Shown here: in pieces, positions 7,208 through 16,915 of the stretch
How positions within the stretch are numbered: position 1 is the first letter of the stretch
Layout: every line of letters begins with the position of its first letter
DNA from: an uncultured Bacilli bacterium
GTDB lineage: Bacteria; Bacillota_I; Bacilli_A; RF39; UBA660
DNA length: 59,400 nucleotides
Assembly: GCA_944331805.1 (NCBI GenBank)
Contig: CALVIS010000001.1
Span: forward strand, 1 to 59,400
Reading direction: 5' to 3'
Translations under genes and position numbers: made by a program
The notes under the pieces: model-generated
Told to the model about the DNA's origin: nothing
The model's input: the letters and a program-made list of their open reading frames with translations, nothing else
The model's database searches: none

Positions 7208-8920
7208 TTATCTCCTAAGTTTTAATTGTTTAATACCATCATAATATTTATTACTTTTATCTATATCATGCATATTACCAATAATTGTATTAACGTCGTC
7301 TTGGTTTAGATTTTTTACAACGTTTGAAGTTAAAATATCTTGAATAGGTATACCATTTATCTCTTTTTTGTAAACTTTTCCTATACCACGAGTTGAAACT
7401 ATATGGGGGATTTTAGATTGATAAACAGCATCTCTAAATGACCACATAAATTCTAATATTTGTTTATTTGGGTATAGAGCTTTTTCTAAATTTCTATCAT
7501 AATCAAAGAAAATATTATCAAATCTATCAAGAGTAGCGGCATCTAGGGCATTTCTTCCTACATATTCTAAGTCTGCCCCTTTTCCCCAAGTGTTAGCCGC
7601 CGCTATTATCCTAAAGTTTGGATTTCTATCTATCGTTTCATGAGGAAAGGCCATATAGCCATTAGCTAAGGCAGAATTAATTACAATCAATGATGAAGGA
7701 TCTGAATTATCTATTTCATCTAAGAAGAATATACCTCCATTTTTAAATGCCTTATAAAATTCAGTTTCTTGATAATTACCACCTGCATCAATGAAGCCCA
7801 TTAATTTAAATTCATTTGAGGCATTATTTGTATAATACATATGTAATCCCAAAGCTTCTGCTACTTGTGCTATTGCTACATTTTTACCACTTCCAGCAGG
7901 CCCAATTAACATAATGGGTTCATCAAGCTGTACTTGGCTTAAGATTTGATTAAACTTCTCATGATAAAATGAGGCTTTAGTTTGTCCAATAACAGTGTCA
8001 TTTAGTTTTATAATATTAATAGTTGGAACTTGTATTTTACTTCTATATTCTTCTAATTTTTTATTAAGTGTATCTTCTAGTTTATCGTCTATATTATATT
8101 TTTTGATTGTTTCTTTGATAGCTTTTAAAACATCTCTTTCAATTTCCTTGTTTGTTAATTCTTTTTTTTCATCATCTTTATTTTTAGAATAAGATTTCTC
8201 AGTTATAAATTCATCATTTGGGGTATCAGCGGTTTCATTAATTGGTTCTATAGTCGGTTCATCTGATATATAAGGTAGTGATTCATCTGCTTGGGTAGAC
8301 ATTTTTTCAATTTCTTCACCATCGAATGTATAAAACTTATTGTTTATCATATATGTATTTTCTTGCATTTCATAAATTTCACTGCAAAATTTGTTTAATA
8401 TATTTTTATCATTTGAAAATATCATTTCATGGTTTCTTTTCGTATATCCATAATATAAATGTGTATAGTCATTATTTGCTTTAGTTACTGCAGCGACTAA
8501 AGAATTTTCTTTATTATCCCAAATTACTAAACAAAAATCCATATAATCACTTAATATTTTAAATTCGCCTGTCCATAGTGTATAATACAATGTATCTATT
8601 AATACAGGATTATTTGAATAGTAACCTTTATTACAGTATTTTTCTAAAGTATGATGCTTTTTTGGATTTAATTCTACATTAAAGTATGCTCCTACATATA
8701 AATTATTGATACTATTACGACTTTTATATGGTTCTTGAAAATATGAACTTTTTTCATTTTCAGGTATGATTTTTATAAAGACTGATTTGTTAGCAACTTC
8801 TTTATTTACTAAATAATTTTCAGTACACTTTTGTTTTAGTTCATCTATTAACAAATCAGTATTTACATCTTCACCATGATAAGCAATAAAGGTTTGAATT
8901 TCCTTTTCATTATTAATCAT
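7208..8920 (-). CDS. CobS/MoxR-clade AAA+ (AAA_5-type) ATPase with an N-terminal amidotransferase-like domain
   Basis: Walker A GPAGSGKN, Walker B FFLDEID, sensor AAANTWGKG and YVGRNALDAATLDRFD (CobS/MoxR-like). Acidic/Lys-rich linker at roughly aa 210-300. N-domain contains DFCLVIWDNKENSLVAAVTKANNDYTHLYYGYTKRNHEMIFSNDKNIL. RBS GAGGAGG. Confidence 0.75.
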   Translation of the reverse strand: MINNEKEIQTFIAYHGEDVNTDLLIDELKQKCTENYLVNKEVANKSVFIKIIPENEKSSYFQEPYKSRNSINNLYVGAYFNVELNPKKHHTLEKYCNKGYYSNNPVLIDTLYYTLWTGEFKILSDYMDFCLVIWDNKENSLVAAVTKANNDYTHLYYGYTKRNHEMIFSNDKNILNKFCSEIYEMQENTYMINNKFYTFDGEEIEKMSTQADESLPYISDEPTIEPINETADTPNDEFITEKSYSKNKDDEKKELTNKEIERDVLKAIKETIKKYNIDDKLEDTLNKKLEEYRSKIQVPTINIIKLNDTVIGQTKASFYHEKFNQILSQVQLDEPIMLIGPAGSGKNVAIAQVAEALGLHMYYTNNASNEFKLMGFIDAGGNYQETEFYKAFKNGGIFFLDEIDNSDPSSLIVINSALANGYMAFPHETIDRNPNFRIIAAANTWGKGADLEYVGRNALDAATLDRFDNIFFDYDRNLEKALYPNKQILEFMWSFRDAVYQSKIPHIVSTRGIGKVYKKEINGIPIQDILTSNVVKNLNQDDVNTIIGNMHDIDKSNKYYDGIKQLKLRR

Positions 8921-9069
8921 TTTGTGCCTCCTCTTAAATATATTTTATATTAATATTTATAAAACGTTTTTTATTATAGGTTCTTCAAACAATAATGTCA
9001 ATATTACTTACTTAATAGAGTCTAAATTAATATTAGATTTTTAAAACTCTTTTAATTTTAATAAAACTA

Positions 9070-9078
9070 TGCTATAAT
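9070..9078 (+). promoter_or_regulatory. extended -10 (TGCTATAAT) upstream of pyk
   Basis: Perfect TGnTATAAT about 34 nt upstream of the pyk ATG. Confidence 0.45.
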
Positions 9079-9111
9079 TGTATAGCTTGATTAGAAGGAG
9101 TGAAGTAAATA

Positions 9112-10527
9112 ATGAAAAAGACAAAAATTGTTTGTAGTATAGGTCCTGCTAGTAATGAACCTGATGTTATGGAAAAAATGGTTAGAGCAGGAATGAATGT
9201 AGCAAGAATTAATTTTTCTCATGCAACTATAGAAGAAAGGGAGAAAGCTTGTGCATCAGTTCGTGAAGTAAGAAAAAGAACTGGTATGAATGTTGCTATT
9301 CTTTGGGATACTAAAGGTCCAGAATTTAGATGTGGAATTATGGAAAATGATTCTATTGAACTTGTTCCAGGTGAAACTATTGATATAGTTAAAGAACCTG
9401 TTACTGGTACTAAAGAGAGATTTTCTGTTAATCATCCAAGTGCAATTGACTCTCTTAATGTTGGAGATATTATCTTGTTAGAGAATGCTAAGATGAAACT
9501 TGAAGTTATTGCTAAATATGAAGATAGAGTTACTTGTAAAATTATTGATGGTGGAGTATTAGGAAACCGTAAGAGTATGAGTGTTCCAGGTATAAAACTA
9601 GATATTCCATATGTTAGTGATGTTGATAGAGAAGACATCATCTACGCATGTGAACATGGTGGAGAATTTCTTGCTATTTCCTTTGTATCTACTAAAGAAG
9701 ATGTTTTGGAAGTTAAAGAAATCTTAAAAGAACATGGTAGAGAAGACTTACAAATTATTTGTAAGATTGAGAGTGCTTTAGGTATTGAAAACTTAGAAGA
9801 TATCTTAAGTGTTAGTGATGGCGTTATGGTAGCTCGTGGTGACCTTGGTACTGAAGTACCTAGTGAAATGGTTCCAATCTATCAAAAACAAATGATTAAT
9901 ACTTGTAGAAGACTTGGAAAAATATCTATTGTTGCTACTGAAATGCTTGAGACAATGATGTCTAGTGATAATATTCGTCCAAAAAGAGCAGAAACTAGTG
10001 ATATTGCAAATGCTGTATTAGATGGTACTGATGCTGTTATGTTAAGTGGTGAAACTACTATTGGAAAGCATCCAGTTGAAACAGTTGCTGCTATGGCTAG
10101 TATTTGTGAGACTACTGAAAAATATGCAAGCTTTGATTATGCTTTTGATATTGAAAGCCTAGATAATATTACTAAGTCTATTGCATCTAACGTTGTACTT
10201 AGTACAGATGCTTTAGGTGCTAAATTAATCTGTGCTGCTACAATCAGTGGTAGAACTGCAAGAGTTATTAGTAACTTAAAACCAGATGCTCCAATACTTG
10301 CTTTATGTCCAGATGAAAAAACTGGTAGACGTTTAGCTCTAAATTGGGGAGTATATGCAGGAACACTTCCATACTTACCATCAACTGATGAAGTATTAAT
10401 TCAAAGTGTAGAGAAAGCTAAAGAGTTTATGGAACTTAATGAAGGAGACTTAATTGTAATTACTGGTGGTTTCCCTAATACAGAAACTAAGAGAATTACT
10501 AACTTAATGAAGATTGAAGAAATATAA
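9112..10527 (+). CDS. pyk: pyruvate kinase
   Basis: MKKTKIVCSIGPAS, NVARINFSH, MVARGDLGTEVP and the overall 471-aa architecture. Confidence 0.96.
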   Translation: MKKTKIVCSIGPASNEPDVMEKMVRAGMNVARINFSHATIEEREKACASVREVRKRTGMNVAILWDTKGPEFRCGIMENDSIELVPGETIDIVKEPVTGTKERFSVNHPSAIDSLNVGDIILLENAKMKLEVIAKYEDRVTCKIIDGGVLGNRKSMSVPGIKLDIPYVSDVDREDIIYACEHGGEFLAISFVSTKEDVLEVKEILKEHGREDLQIICKIESALGIENLEDILSVSDGVMVARGDLGTEVPSEMVPIYQKQMINTCRRLGKISIVATEMLETMMSSDNIRPKRAETSDIANAVLDGTDAVMLSGETTIGKHPVETVAAMASICETTEKYASFDYAFDIESLDNITKSIASNVVLSTDALGAKLICAATISGRTARVISNLKPDAPILALCPDEKTGRRLALNWGVYAGTLPYLPSTDEVLIQSVEKAKEFMELNEGDLIVITGGFPNTETKRITNLMKIEEI

Positions 10528-10593
10528 AAATAAGCAGGGATTATTCCTTGCTTTTGATATATAATTCTAATATAATTACGGTAGGTGAATGAT

Positions 10594-11850
10594 ATGAAAT
10601 ATATTGATTTAACACAAAAACGTGAAAATATAGTAAAGATTGCAAATTTAGATGATAGTAGTTTAAAATATATTGCTTCTATACGTACAAATGATGATTT
10701 TGAGGTTTCTAATAATCCTAATTGTATTTATCAATATACAACTAAACATAATCCTTTCTCTTTAGAAAAAATTATGTTTAATACTAATTTACATATTAAT
10801 TATGATTATTTGCAAGAAAACTATAAAGAACTAATGGATAAAGTTTGTGCTATTTTAAAAGAACATGTAGGTAATTATATATCTTTAGATAAAGAATTTA
10901 TAACAAAAGAGACTATGGAAGCTATAGCAACTAATCAAAATATTAATAAAGTTACTCTTGCTATAGATAGTAAAGATTTATTAGAAGTATTGGAGGTAAT
11001 TAAACATAGAAGTAAAGATATTCCTTTAAATACAATTGTTATAAATATTACTGAATATAATGATTTAAAAATATTTATTAATCATATTGTTTCTATATAT
11101 AAAGATGTAAAAATTATATTTAATATTGATTTTAAAAATTTTAATGCTGATGTATTAAGTGATTTAATAACATATAAAAATATTGTAGTAAAAGAAGAGA
11201 ATCATGAAATAGATTTAGATTTAGCAATAAAAAAAGAATTAAAAATAAGAGAATTGTTAGAGCCAGTAGAATCTATAAAAGATAAACTTTCTCCTTTTGA
11301 AATATATACTAAACTATATCAAATTGTTAAAGATTTTAAATCATATAAAGAAGTAGAAGAAGGAGATGATTTAGATAAATCTAGAACTCTTTCAAAGATA
11401 TTATTTAATGAATATATTGTATGTGAAGGATATGTTAATTTATTACAAGAATTATGTAAACGTTATAATATAGAAACATATTATATGTCAGTAGATGTTT
11501 TGCCTGATGATACAAAAGACTTAAATAATACAAATGACCATGCAAGATTACTTGTTAAAATGAAAGATGATAAGTATGGTATTGATGGACTTTATGTTAG
11601 TGACCCTACTTTGGATAGTATTCACTACAGTCTTTATAATCATATATTAATGACTTTTGATGAAGTTAAAAGAGAGTTAATCGGAGAGGTTACTTTTAAT
11701 GTGGATGATTTCTTAAATGTCAAAAATAAAGAAGAGTTTTATGCATTAGTAAATAATCCTGCCGCTAGATGGAAACTTTCATTCTTAGCACCTACAATTA
11801 GAAATTTTGATGAAGAGAGTTTTGAAAAAATATGTAGAACCTCTTCTTGA
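10594..11850 (+). CDS. transglutaminase-like (Cys-His-Asp) domain protein
   Basis: C-terminal VCEGYVNLLQELCKRYNIE ... DHARLLVKM ... LYVSDPTLD fits the transglutaminase-like cysteine protease core. The ATG at 10594 (RBS GGTAGGTG) is preferred over the GTG at 10585. Ends at the TGA at 11848-11850. Confidence 0.5.
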   Translation: MKYIDLTQKRENIVKIANLDDSSLKYIASIRTNDDFEVSNNPNCIYQYTTKHNPFSLEKIMFNTNLHINYDYLQENYKELMDKVCAILKEHVGNYISLDKEFITKETMEAIATNQNINKVTLAIDSKDLLEVLEVIKHRSKDIPLNTIVINITEYNDLKIFINHIVSIYKDVKIIFNIDFKNFNADVLSDLITYKNIVVKEENHEIDLDLAIKKELKIRELLEPVESIKDKLSPFEIYTKLYQIVKDFKSYKEVEEGDDLDKSRTLSKILFNEYIVCEGYVNLLQELCKRYNIETYYMSVDVLPDDTKDLNNTNDHARLLVKMKDDKYGIDGLYVSDPTLDSIHYSLYNHILMTFDEVKRELIGEVTFNVDDFLNVKNKEEFYALVNNPAARWKLSFLAPTIRNFDEESFEKICRTSS

Positions 11851-11892
11851 CATTATGATTATTGTTTAGAAGAAACTAGTTCTTTAGAAAAA

Positions 11893-12177
11893 ATGGCTGA
11901 TTATTGTGTTAATTTTCATCAAGAACCTATAAATGGCAATGATATACTTAAAGCACTAATAACAATTCATAAATTAGAAAATCCTAATATTGATGATAAT
12001 CAAATTATAGAATATTTTAAGTTAATCAAAGAGGTTTTAAAGAATATAGAAGATATTACTCATCCTACTATTGTTATAGAAAATAATAGAGAAAAAGTTT
12101 ATGATTTTTATGAAAATAAATATAGTGATAGTGATATCGAAGATATAGTTATAAATGAAAGAAAAAATACAAGGTAA
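11893..12177 (+). CDS. hypothetical 94-aa protein, in frame with the preceding gene
   Basis: Same reading frame as 10594..11850. Separated from it by one TGA plus 14 sense codons. Confidence 0.4.
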   Translation: MADYCVNFHQEPINGNDILKALITIHKLENPNIDDNQIIEYFKLIKEVLKNIEDITHPTIVIENNREKVYDFYENKYSDSDIEDIVINERKNTR

Positions 12178-12190
12178 TTTCCTCGTATTT

Positions 12191-12880
12191 TTATTTTATT
12201 TCTATTTTAGAATTATCAAAGTCTTTAACATCATCAAGTAAGGCTTCATGGATTTTTTCTTCTTTACTATCTAGATATACTTCTTCAATTCTATCAACAC
12301 GACAACGTTCTGCTTCTAAAATAGCATCTACCTTTTTAACGGCTTTATCTAAATCATCATTGACAACTACATAGTTATATTTAGGTATTTCATTTATTTC
12401 TTCATAAGCTCTTTTAAATCTTTTTTCTATTTTCTCTAAACTATCAGTATTTCTATTAATAAGACGTCTTTTTAATTCATTCATAGTAGGAGGCATTATG
12501 AAGATAAAGACAGTTTCATCTAGTTTTTCTTTAATCTTTAAAGCTCCTTGAATCTCTATTTCTAGTATTACATCTTCTCCTTTATCTAGATGTTCTTTAA
12601 TATACTTTTTAGGAGTACCATAGTAATTACCAGAGTATTCTGCATATTCTAAGAACTCATCATTCTTAATATCATTTTCAAACTCTTCTTTAGATAAGAA
12701 ATAATAGTTAATGCCATTTTTTTCTTCACCTCTAGGTTCTCTACTAGTGCAAGAAATAGATACCCAAGTATTCTTTCTTATTTTTAACAATTCATTAATT
12801 ATACTATTCTTACCACAGCCAGATGGTCCTGATATAACTATTAAAAGCCCTTGTTTCTTTGTTTTTACCATATTATCCAT
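12191..12880 (-). CDS. gmk: guanylate kinase
   Basis: GPSGCGKN P-loop, TSREPRGEEKNGINYYF and EIEIQGA motifs. RBS GGGAGG lies in the end of the upstream gene. Confidence 0.92.
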   Translation of the reverse strand: MDNMVKTKKQGLLIVISGPSGCGKNSIINELLKIRKNTWVSISCTSREPRGEEKNGINYYFLSKEEFENDIKNDEFLEYAEYSGNYYGTPKKYIKEHLDKGEDVILEIEIQGALKIKEKLDETVFIFIMPPTMNELKRRLINRNTDSLEKIEKRFKRAYEEINEIPKYNYVVVNDDLDKAVKKVDAILEAERCRVDRIEEVYLDSKEEKIHEALLDDVKDFDNSKIEIK

Positions 12881-12883
12881 AAC

Positions 12884-14050
12884 TTATTCCTCCCTTATAG
12901 GTTTCATCTTATATTCAGCTTCTATTAAGCTTTTAGACTTATCTTTATCAAAAACTAAAGAGTATATCTTTGTGATTTTGTATTCATATTCTAACATTTT
13001 ATCTTTTTCTCTTGTAAACTTACTAATAATAGGAATATCTATTTCTTTCTTTATCTTATTTAAATAATCTCTTCCTTTATTAGAAAAACCAAGTAGTCTA
13101 ATATATTTAATATCCTTAAACTCTTTCGCTTGCTCTTTAGTATAGTCACATAATATATAAATTAACATTCTAGATATCTTAGCATAAGTAGCATTTTTAC
13201 TCTTAACTTTATTAATTAACTCATCAAAACTATAACTATTAAGAATTTCTTTCTTTAGTTTAGTAGAAATACCACTATCTACTAAATTATAAATGGTTAA
13301 ATCATTAGAACTTATTATTTTATATTTTAAAAGATTAAAATAATCATCTAACTTAGGTATTTTCTTATTATTCAAATAGTTATAAGTAATAGGTGGAACA
13401 CTATTCTTTATATCTTTACCATCCAATAAAGCTTCTCTTATACTTGTTGCGCTGTTTATACTTTTTTTATCTAATTCTTTACTATGATAATCATTAGTTC
13501 TTTTTATAGTATGAGGAGTAATCTTATAATTATTAGAAAAAATCGCTTTTACATAACTAATACCTAGAATATCATTAGGTAGTTTAAAACAATCTCCTGT
13601 AATATCTTCTAAAGCTTTAGATAAAGAAGTAGGGTAGTTATAGCCCATTCTTAAATAAACTTGAACTAAACTATCAAAATCTTTATTAAAAAGTTGGGTC
13701 TCTACAAGTTTTTTAATTCCTTCGATATCATCAGATTCACTACCAAAGACTAAATCAGTAACTCCTAGATGATTTAATATATCAATAGAACCTTTTGCAA
13801 AGATATCTGCAGAAGCGCAAGAGAAAGGGAAGGGGAGTTCTACTACTAAATTAATACCATTTTTTATGGCAATAGAAGTCTTTTCCCATTTATCTAAAAT
13901 AGAAATATCTCCTCTTTGTGTGAAGTTACCAGCTAGTACTAAGATAATAGGACTATCAGGAAACATTTCTTTAACCTTTTCTATATGATATAAATGGCCA
14001 TTATGAAAAGGATTATATTCAGCGATAATACCAACTGTATGTTTAGACAA
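12884..14050 (-). CDS. tmcAL: tRNA(Met) cytidine acetate ligase (YlbM/UPF0348 nucleotidyltransferase)
   Basis: GIIAEYNPFHNGHLYHI HxGH-type motif near the N-terminus and about 390 aa in length. The TTG at 14050 is preferred because the GTG at 14059 abuts the RBS AAAGGGG. Confidence 0.8.
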   Translation of the reverse strand: MSKHTVGIIAEYNPFHNGHLYHIEKVKEMFPDSPIILVLAGNFTQRGDISILDKWEKTSIAIKNGINLVVELPFPFSCASADIFAKGSIDILNHLGVTDLVFGSESDDIEGIKKLVETQLFNKDFDSLVQVYLRMGYNYPTSLSKALEDITGDCFKLPNDILGISYVKAIFSNNYKITPHTIKRTNDYHSKELDKKSINSATSIREALLDGKDIKNSVPPITYNYLNNKKIPKLDDYFNLLKYKIISSNDLTIYNLVDSGISTKLKKEILNSYSFDELINKVKSKNATYAKISRMLIYILCDYTKEQAKEFKDIKYIRLLGFSNKGRDYLNKIKKEIDIPIISKFTREKDKMLEYEYKITKIYSLVFDKDKSKSLIEAEYKMKPIREE

Positions 14051-14167
14051 GATTAACACCCCTTTCTTAATTTGTTTATTAATTATAACACCATTTTATA
14101 GTTATATCAATTGTTTTTTTCAGTAATATGTGATATAATTTTAGAAAAAATTTATTGGAGGAATTAT

Positions 14168-15778
14168 ATGGTTAATGAGCAAAAAGAACTTTCATTTCAA
14201 AAACTTCAAAAGGAAATAAAGGATTTAATATTTCTTTCCCAAAGAAGGAATGTATTTACAGAAGTAAAAGATTTGGTGACTAGCAAAGTTAGCTTGTCAT
14301 TACAAGATGTAATTATTTTGTATCAGGCTTATTTAAAAGATCATTTTAAAGAATTTCATACTGCAAAAGAGGAGCTTGAAAGAAAGTTATCTAGTGACCT
14401 ATCTTATCCTGCTCGTCTGTCATTATCTTTAGTTCGAGATGAATGGCGACAAGATATAAAAACACCAAAAAATATGAAAAAATATTGGTATCGTAGAAAA
14501 TATAATGATTGTTGTAGGGAAACTGTTTCTATAAATTTATTTTTTAATCATCAAGAACAGCTTTTATTAGAAGAAGTATACTTTGATCATAAGCATGATT
14601 CATATTTAAAAAGTAAAAATATAGAAGAAGTTACTAATATTTATAAAAAATATAAAAATGATTATAAAAGAATAATGAATCTATATTATAAATCTATTTT
14701 TTCTATTTCTTTTGTTGGAAAAATTAATGCTAGTGAAACTGAAAAGTCTAAACTAGAAATTTATGTTCTTCCTTTTTATTGTTCGGAAAGAAAGGATGTT
14801 TCTGTTGATCCAGATATAACTGGAGAATGGACACATGATTTACACTATTATAGTGAGGAATTTCCTATTAATCTTTTTATAAAGAAAGTTGAGCTTTTTC
14901 GTTTAAAACCATGGAATCATTATGGTAATATCTTTATTAGTTTTGATTTAGATTATCATTTGCAGGATGCTTTTCTTTATGAAGGTTGGAATTTTTTTAC
15001 TAATGATATTTCGAAACTTATCACAAAAGATAGTGATAGTAGACTTTATCCTGAAATAGAGTTTTTGATTTCTGAAGCGTTTCCTAATTTTAAAATATAT
15101 TTAAAAGATTTACCTATTTTTTTCAGTGATTATTTAGAAAAATATGTTGGAACTGATTATTTAATTGAAGGAAAAAAACAATTTGATAAAGGAAAAGAAA
15201 AGGAAAGAATTAAAAACCTTCGAATTGTTGATAGGACAAAGCAATTGGTTGCACATAACAATATAAAGATTGTAAAACTGATAAAGAAAAATCAAAAGTT
15301 GTATGAAGAGCTTGGTGAGAGACAGTCAATTACAAAGGATATTTTATGTAAGATGATTAAAGATGAAGACAATGGTCACTGGGTAATACGTCCGGAGTTT
15401 AGAGATGATTTAGAATATTATGATTTAAGCGATATATCTTTTGATAATGTAGATGTTAGAGAAGTTGATTTTAGAAATACAAATATTAAAGCTCCGAATT
15501 TTGATCCGCAGATGGTTTATCAAAAGGATTTATCTGGCTGTTCTTTTGAATCTCCAATATACTCTACTAATGGAGTATTATTTGATTATTCTACTAATTT
15601 TACAGACGTTAATTTAGAAAGTACTACTATAAAACAAGAAGCACTTGTTTTATATAATAATAGTATTGCAAATGCAAGAATTAATCAACACACTATTTTA
15701 CCGGATGAATTATGGAAAATAAGAAATGAAGCATTGCGTCAAATAAAGACTAACATAAAAAATAATTATAAATTATAA
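14168..15778 (+). CDS. hypothetical protein with C-terminal pentapeptide-repeat-like region
   Basis: The ATG at 14168 follows the RBS TGGAGGA. The C-terminus (DISFDNVDVREVDFRNTNIKAPNF ... DLSGCSFES ... TNFTDVNLESTTI) has pentapeptide-repeat character. The rest is unrecognised. Confidence 0.45.
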   Translation: MVNEQKELSFQKLQKEIKDLIFLSQRRNVFTEVKDLVTSKVSLSLQDVIILYQAYLKDHFKEFHTAKEELERKLSSDLSYPARLSLSLVRDEWRQDIKTPKNMKKYWYRRKYNDCCRETVSINLFFNHQEQLLLEEVYFDHKHDSYLKSKNIEEVTNIYKKYKNDYKRIMNLYYKSIFSISFVGKINASETEKSKLEIYVLPFYCSERKDVSVDPDITGEWTHDLHYYSEEFPINLFIKKVELFRLKPWNHYGNIFISFDLDYHLQDAFLYEGWNFFTNDISKLITKDSDSRLYPEIEFLISEAFPNFKIYLKDLPIFFSDYLEKYVGTDYLIEGKKQFDKGKEKERIKNLRIVDRTKQLVAHNNIKIVKLIKKNQKLYEELGERQSITKDILCKMIKDEDNGHWVIRPEFRDDLEYYDLSDISFDNVDVREVDFRNTNIKAPNFDPQMVYQKDLSGCSFESPIYSTNGVLFDYSTNFTDVNLESTTIKQEALVLYNNSIANARINQHTILPDELWKIRNEALRQIKTNIKNNYKL

Positions 15779-15798
15779 TTATCTATTTGTACAATCTA

Positions 15799-15826
15799 AC
15801 TGATTATATATTAATCAGTCTTTTTA
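15799..15826 (+). terminator. rho-independent terminator
   Basis: ACTGATTA / TAATCAGT 8-bp stem with a 5-nt loop, followed by CTTTTT. Confidence 0.6.
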
Positions 15827-16013
15827 CTTATATTAATTTCAGTAGGTTTTTTATTATCACATGTTGCGTGTTGTTTTTTAAGAAATAATTCTATTCTTTA
15901 TTTTAGTATCATCGCTACATCAGTGAGTACAGGTCTGCAAAAATGGTGATTAATTATTTAGTAAAATTTACAAAGTTATTAAACAGTTATATAATAATTA
16001 TGAGGATGATGTT

Positions 16014-16913
16014 ATGAAACTTGTAACTGCTAATGAAAATTTTCTAAATTACTGTGAGTTTGAAAAAGGACTTTCTAATAATAGTATTAAAAGTTATGGC
16101 TATGAGATGAAAGACTATATTAGTTTTTTAGAAAAAGAAAAGATTGATAATACTAAATCTATAACTAAAGATACTATAACTAAGTACTTAAAATATTGTT
16201 ATAATCGTAATGAAGACAGTAAAACAGTCGCTCATAAACTTACTACTATTAAGAATTTTCATAACTATTTAGAAAAAGAAGAGAATGAAACAAACAATCC
16301 TAGCGAATTTATTGATAGACCTAAAACTACTAAAACACTTCCTCATAGTTTAACTATTGAAGAAGTAGATAAACTCTTAGATATAGAATTAAACACCCCA
16401 TTTGACTATAGGAATAAAGCTATGTTAGAATTGATGTATGGTTCAGGGCTAAGAGTATCTGAACTTGTTAGCCTAACGGTTTATGATATTGACTTTAATA
16501 ATGATATTGTTAGAGTTAAAGGTAAAGGTAGTAAAGAGAGAATTGTTCCTATTAATGATGTAGAAAAGTATTATTTAAATGAATACTTAGATAAAAGACA
16601 TCTATTATTAAAAAAGAAACAGTCTGATTACTTATTTTTAAACTCTAGAGGTACTGGTATATCTAGACAAGGATTCTTTAAGAATTTAAAAGAAATATTA
16701 AAAGAAAAAGGACTTAATCCTGATATATCTCCCCATAGTTTAAGACACTCTTTTGCAACGCATTTATTAAATGGAGGTGCAGACCTTAGAAGTATTCAGA
16801 TGCTTTTAGGACATTCTGATATTGCTACTACTCGTATATATACACATATCACTAATGAAAAGGTTAAGAATGATTATTTGAATAATCATCCAAGAGCAAA
16901 GAAGGAGAATTAA
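16014..16913 (+). CDS. xerD: tyrosine site-specific recombinase XerD
   Basis: SAM-like N-domain. Catalytic GLRVSEL, HSLRHSFATHLL, LGHSDIATTRIYTH (R-H-R-Y). Adjacent to deoB, as in the Bacillus ripX-drm arrangement. Confidence 0.8.
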   Translation: MKLVTANENFLNYCEFEKGLSNNSIKSYGYEMKDYISFLEKEKIDNTKSITKDTITKYLKYCYNRNEDSKTVAHKLTTIKNFHNYLEKEENETNNPSEFIDRPKTTKTLPHSLTIEEVDKLLDIELNTPFDYRNKAMLELMYGSGLRVSELVSLTVYDIDFNNDIVRVKGKGSKERIVPINDVEKYYLNEYLDKRHLLLKKKQSDYLFLNSRGTGISRQGFFKNLKEILKEKGLNPDISPHSLRHSFATHLLNGGADLRSIQMLLGHSDIATTRIYTHITNEKVKNDYLNNHPRAKKEN

Positions 16914-16915
16914 TT

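Noticed and set aside
6286-8920. McrBC-type restriction system (AAA_5 GTPase followed by a smaller partner).
   Set aside because: The ATPase has the MoxR/CobS signature (AAANT..., LDRFD) rather than the McrB NTADRS-type motif. The partner shows no PD-(D/E)xK motif.
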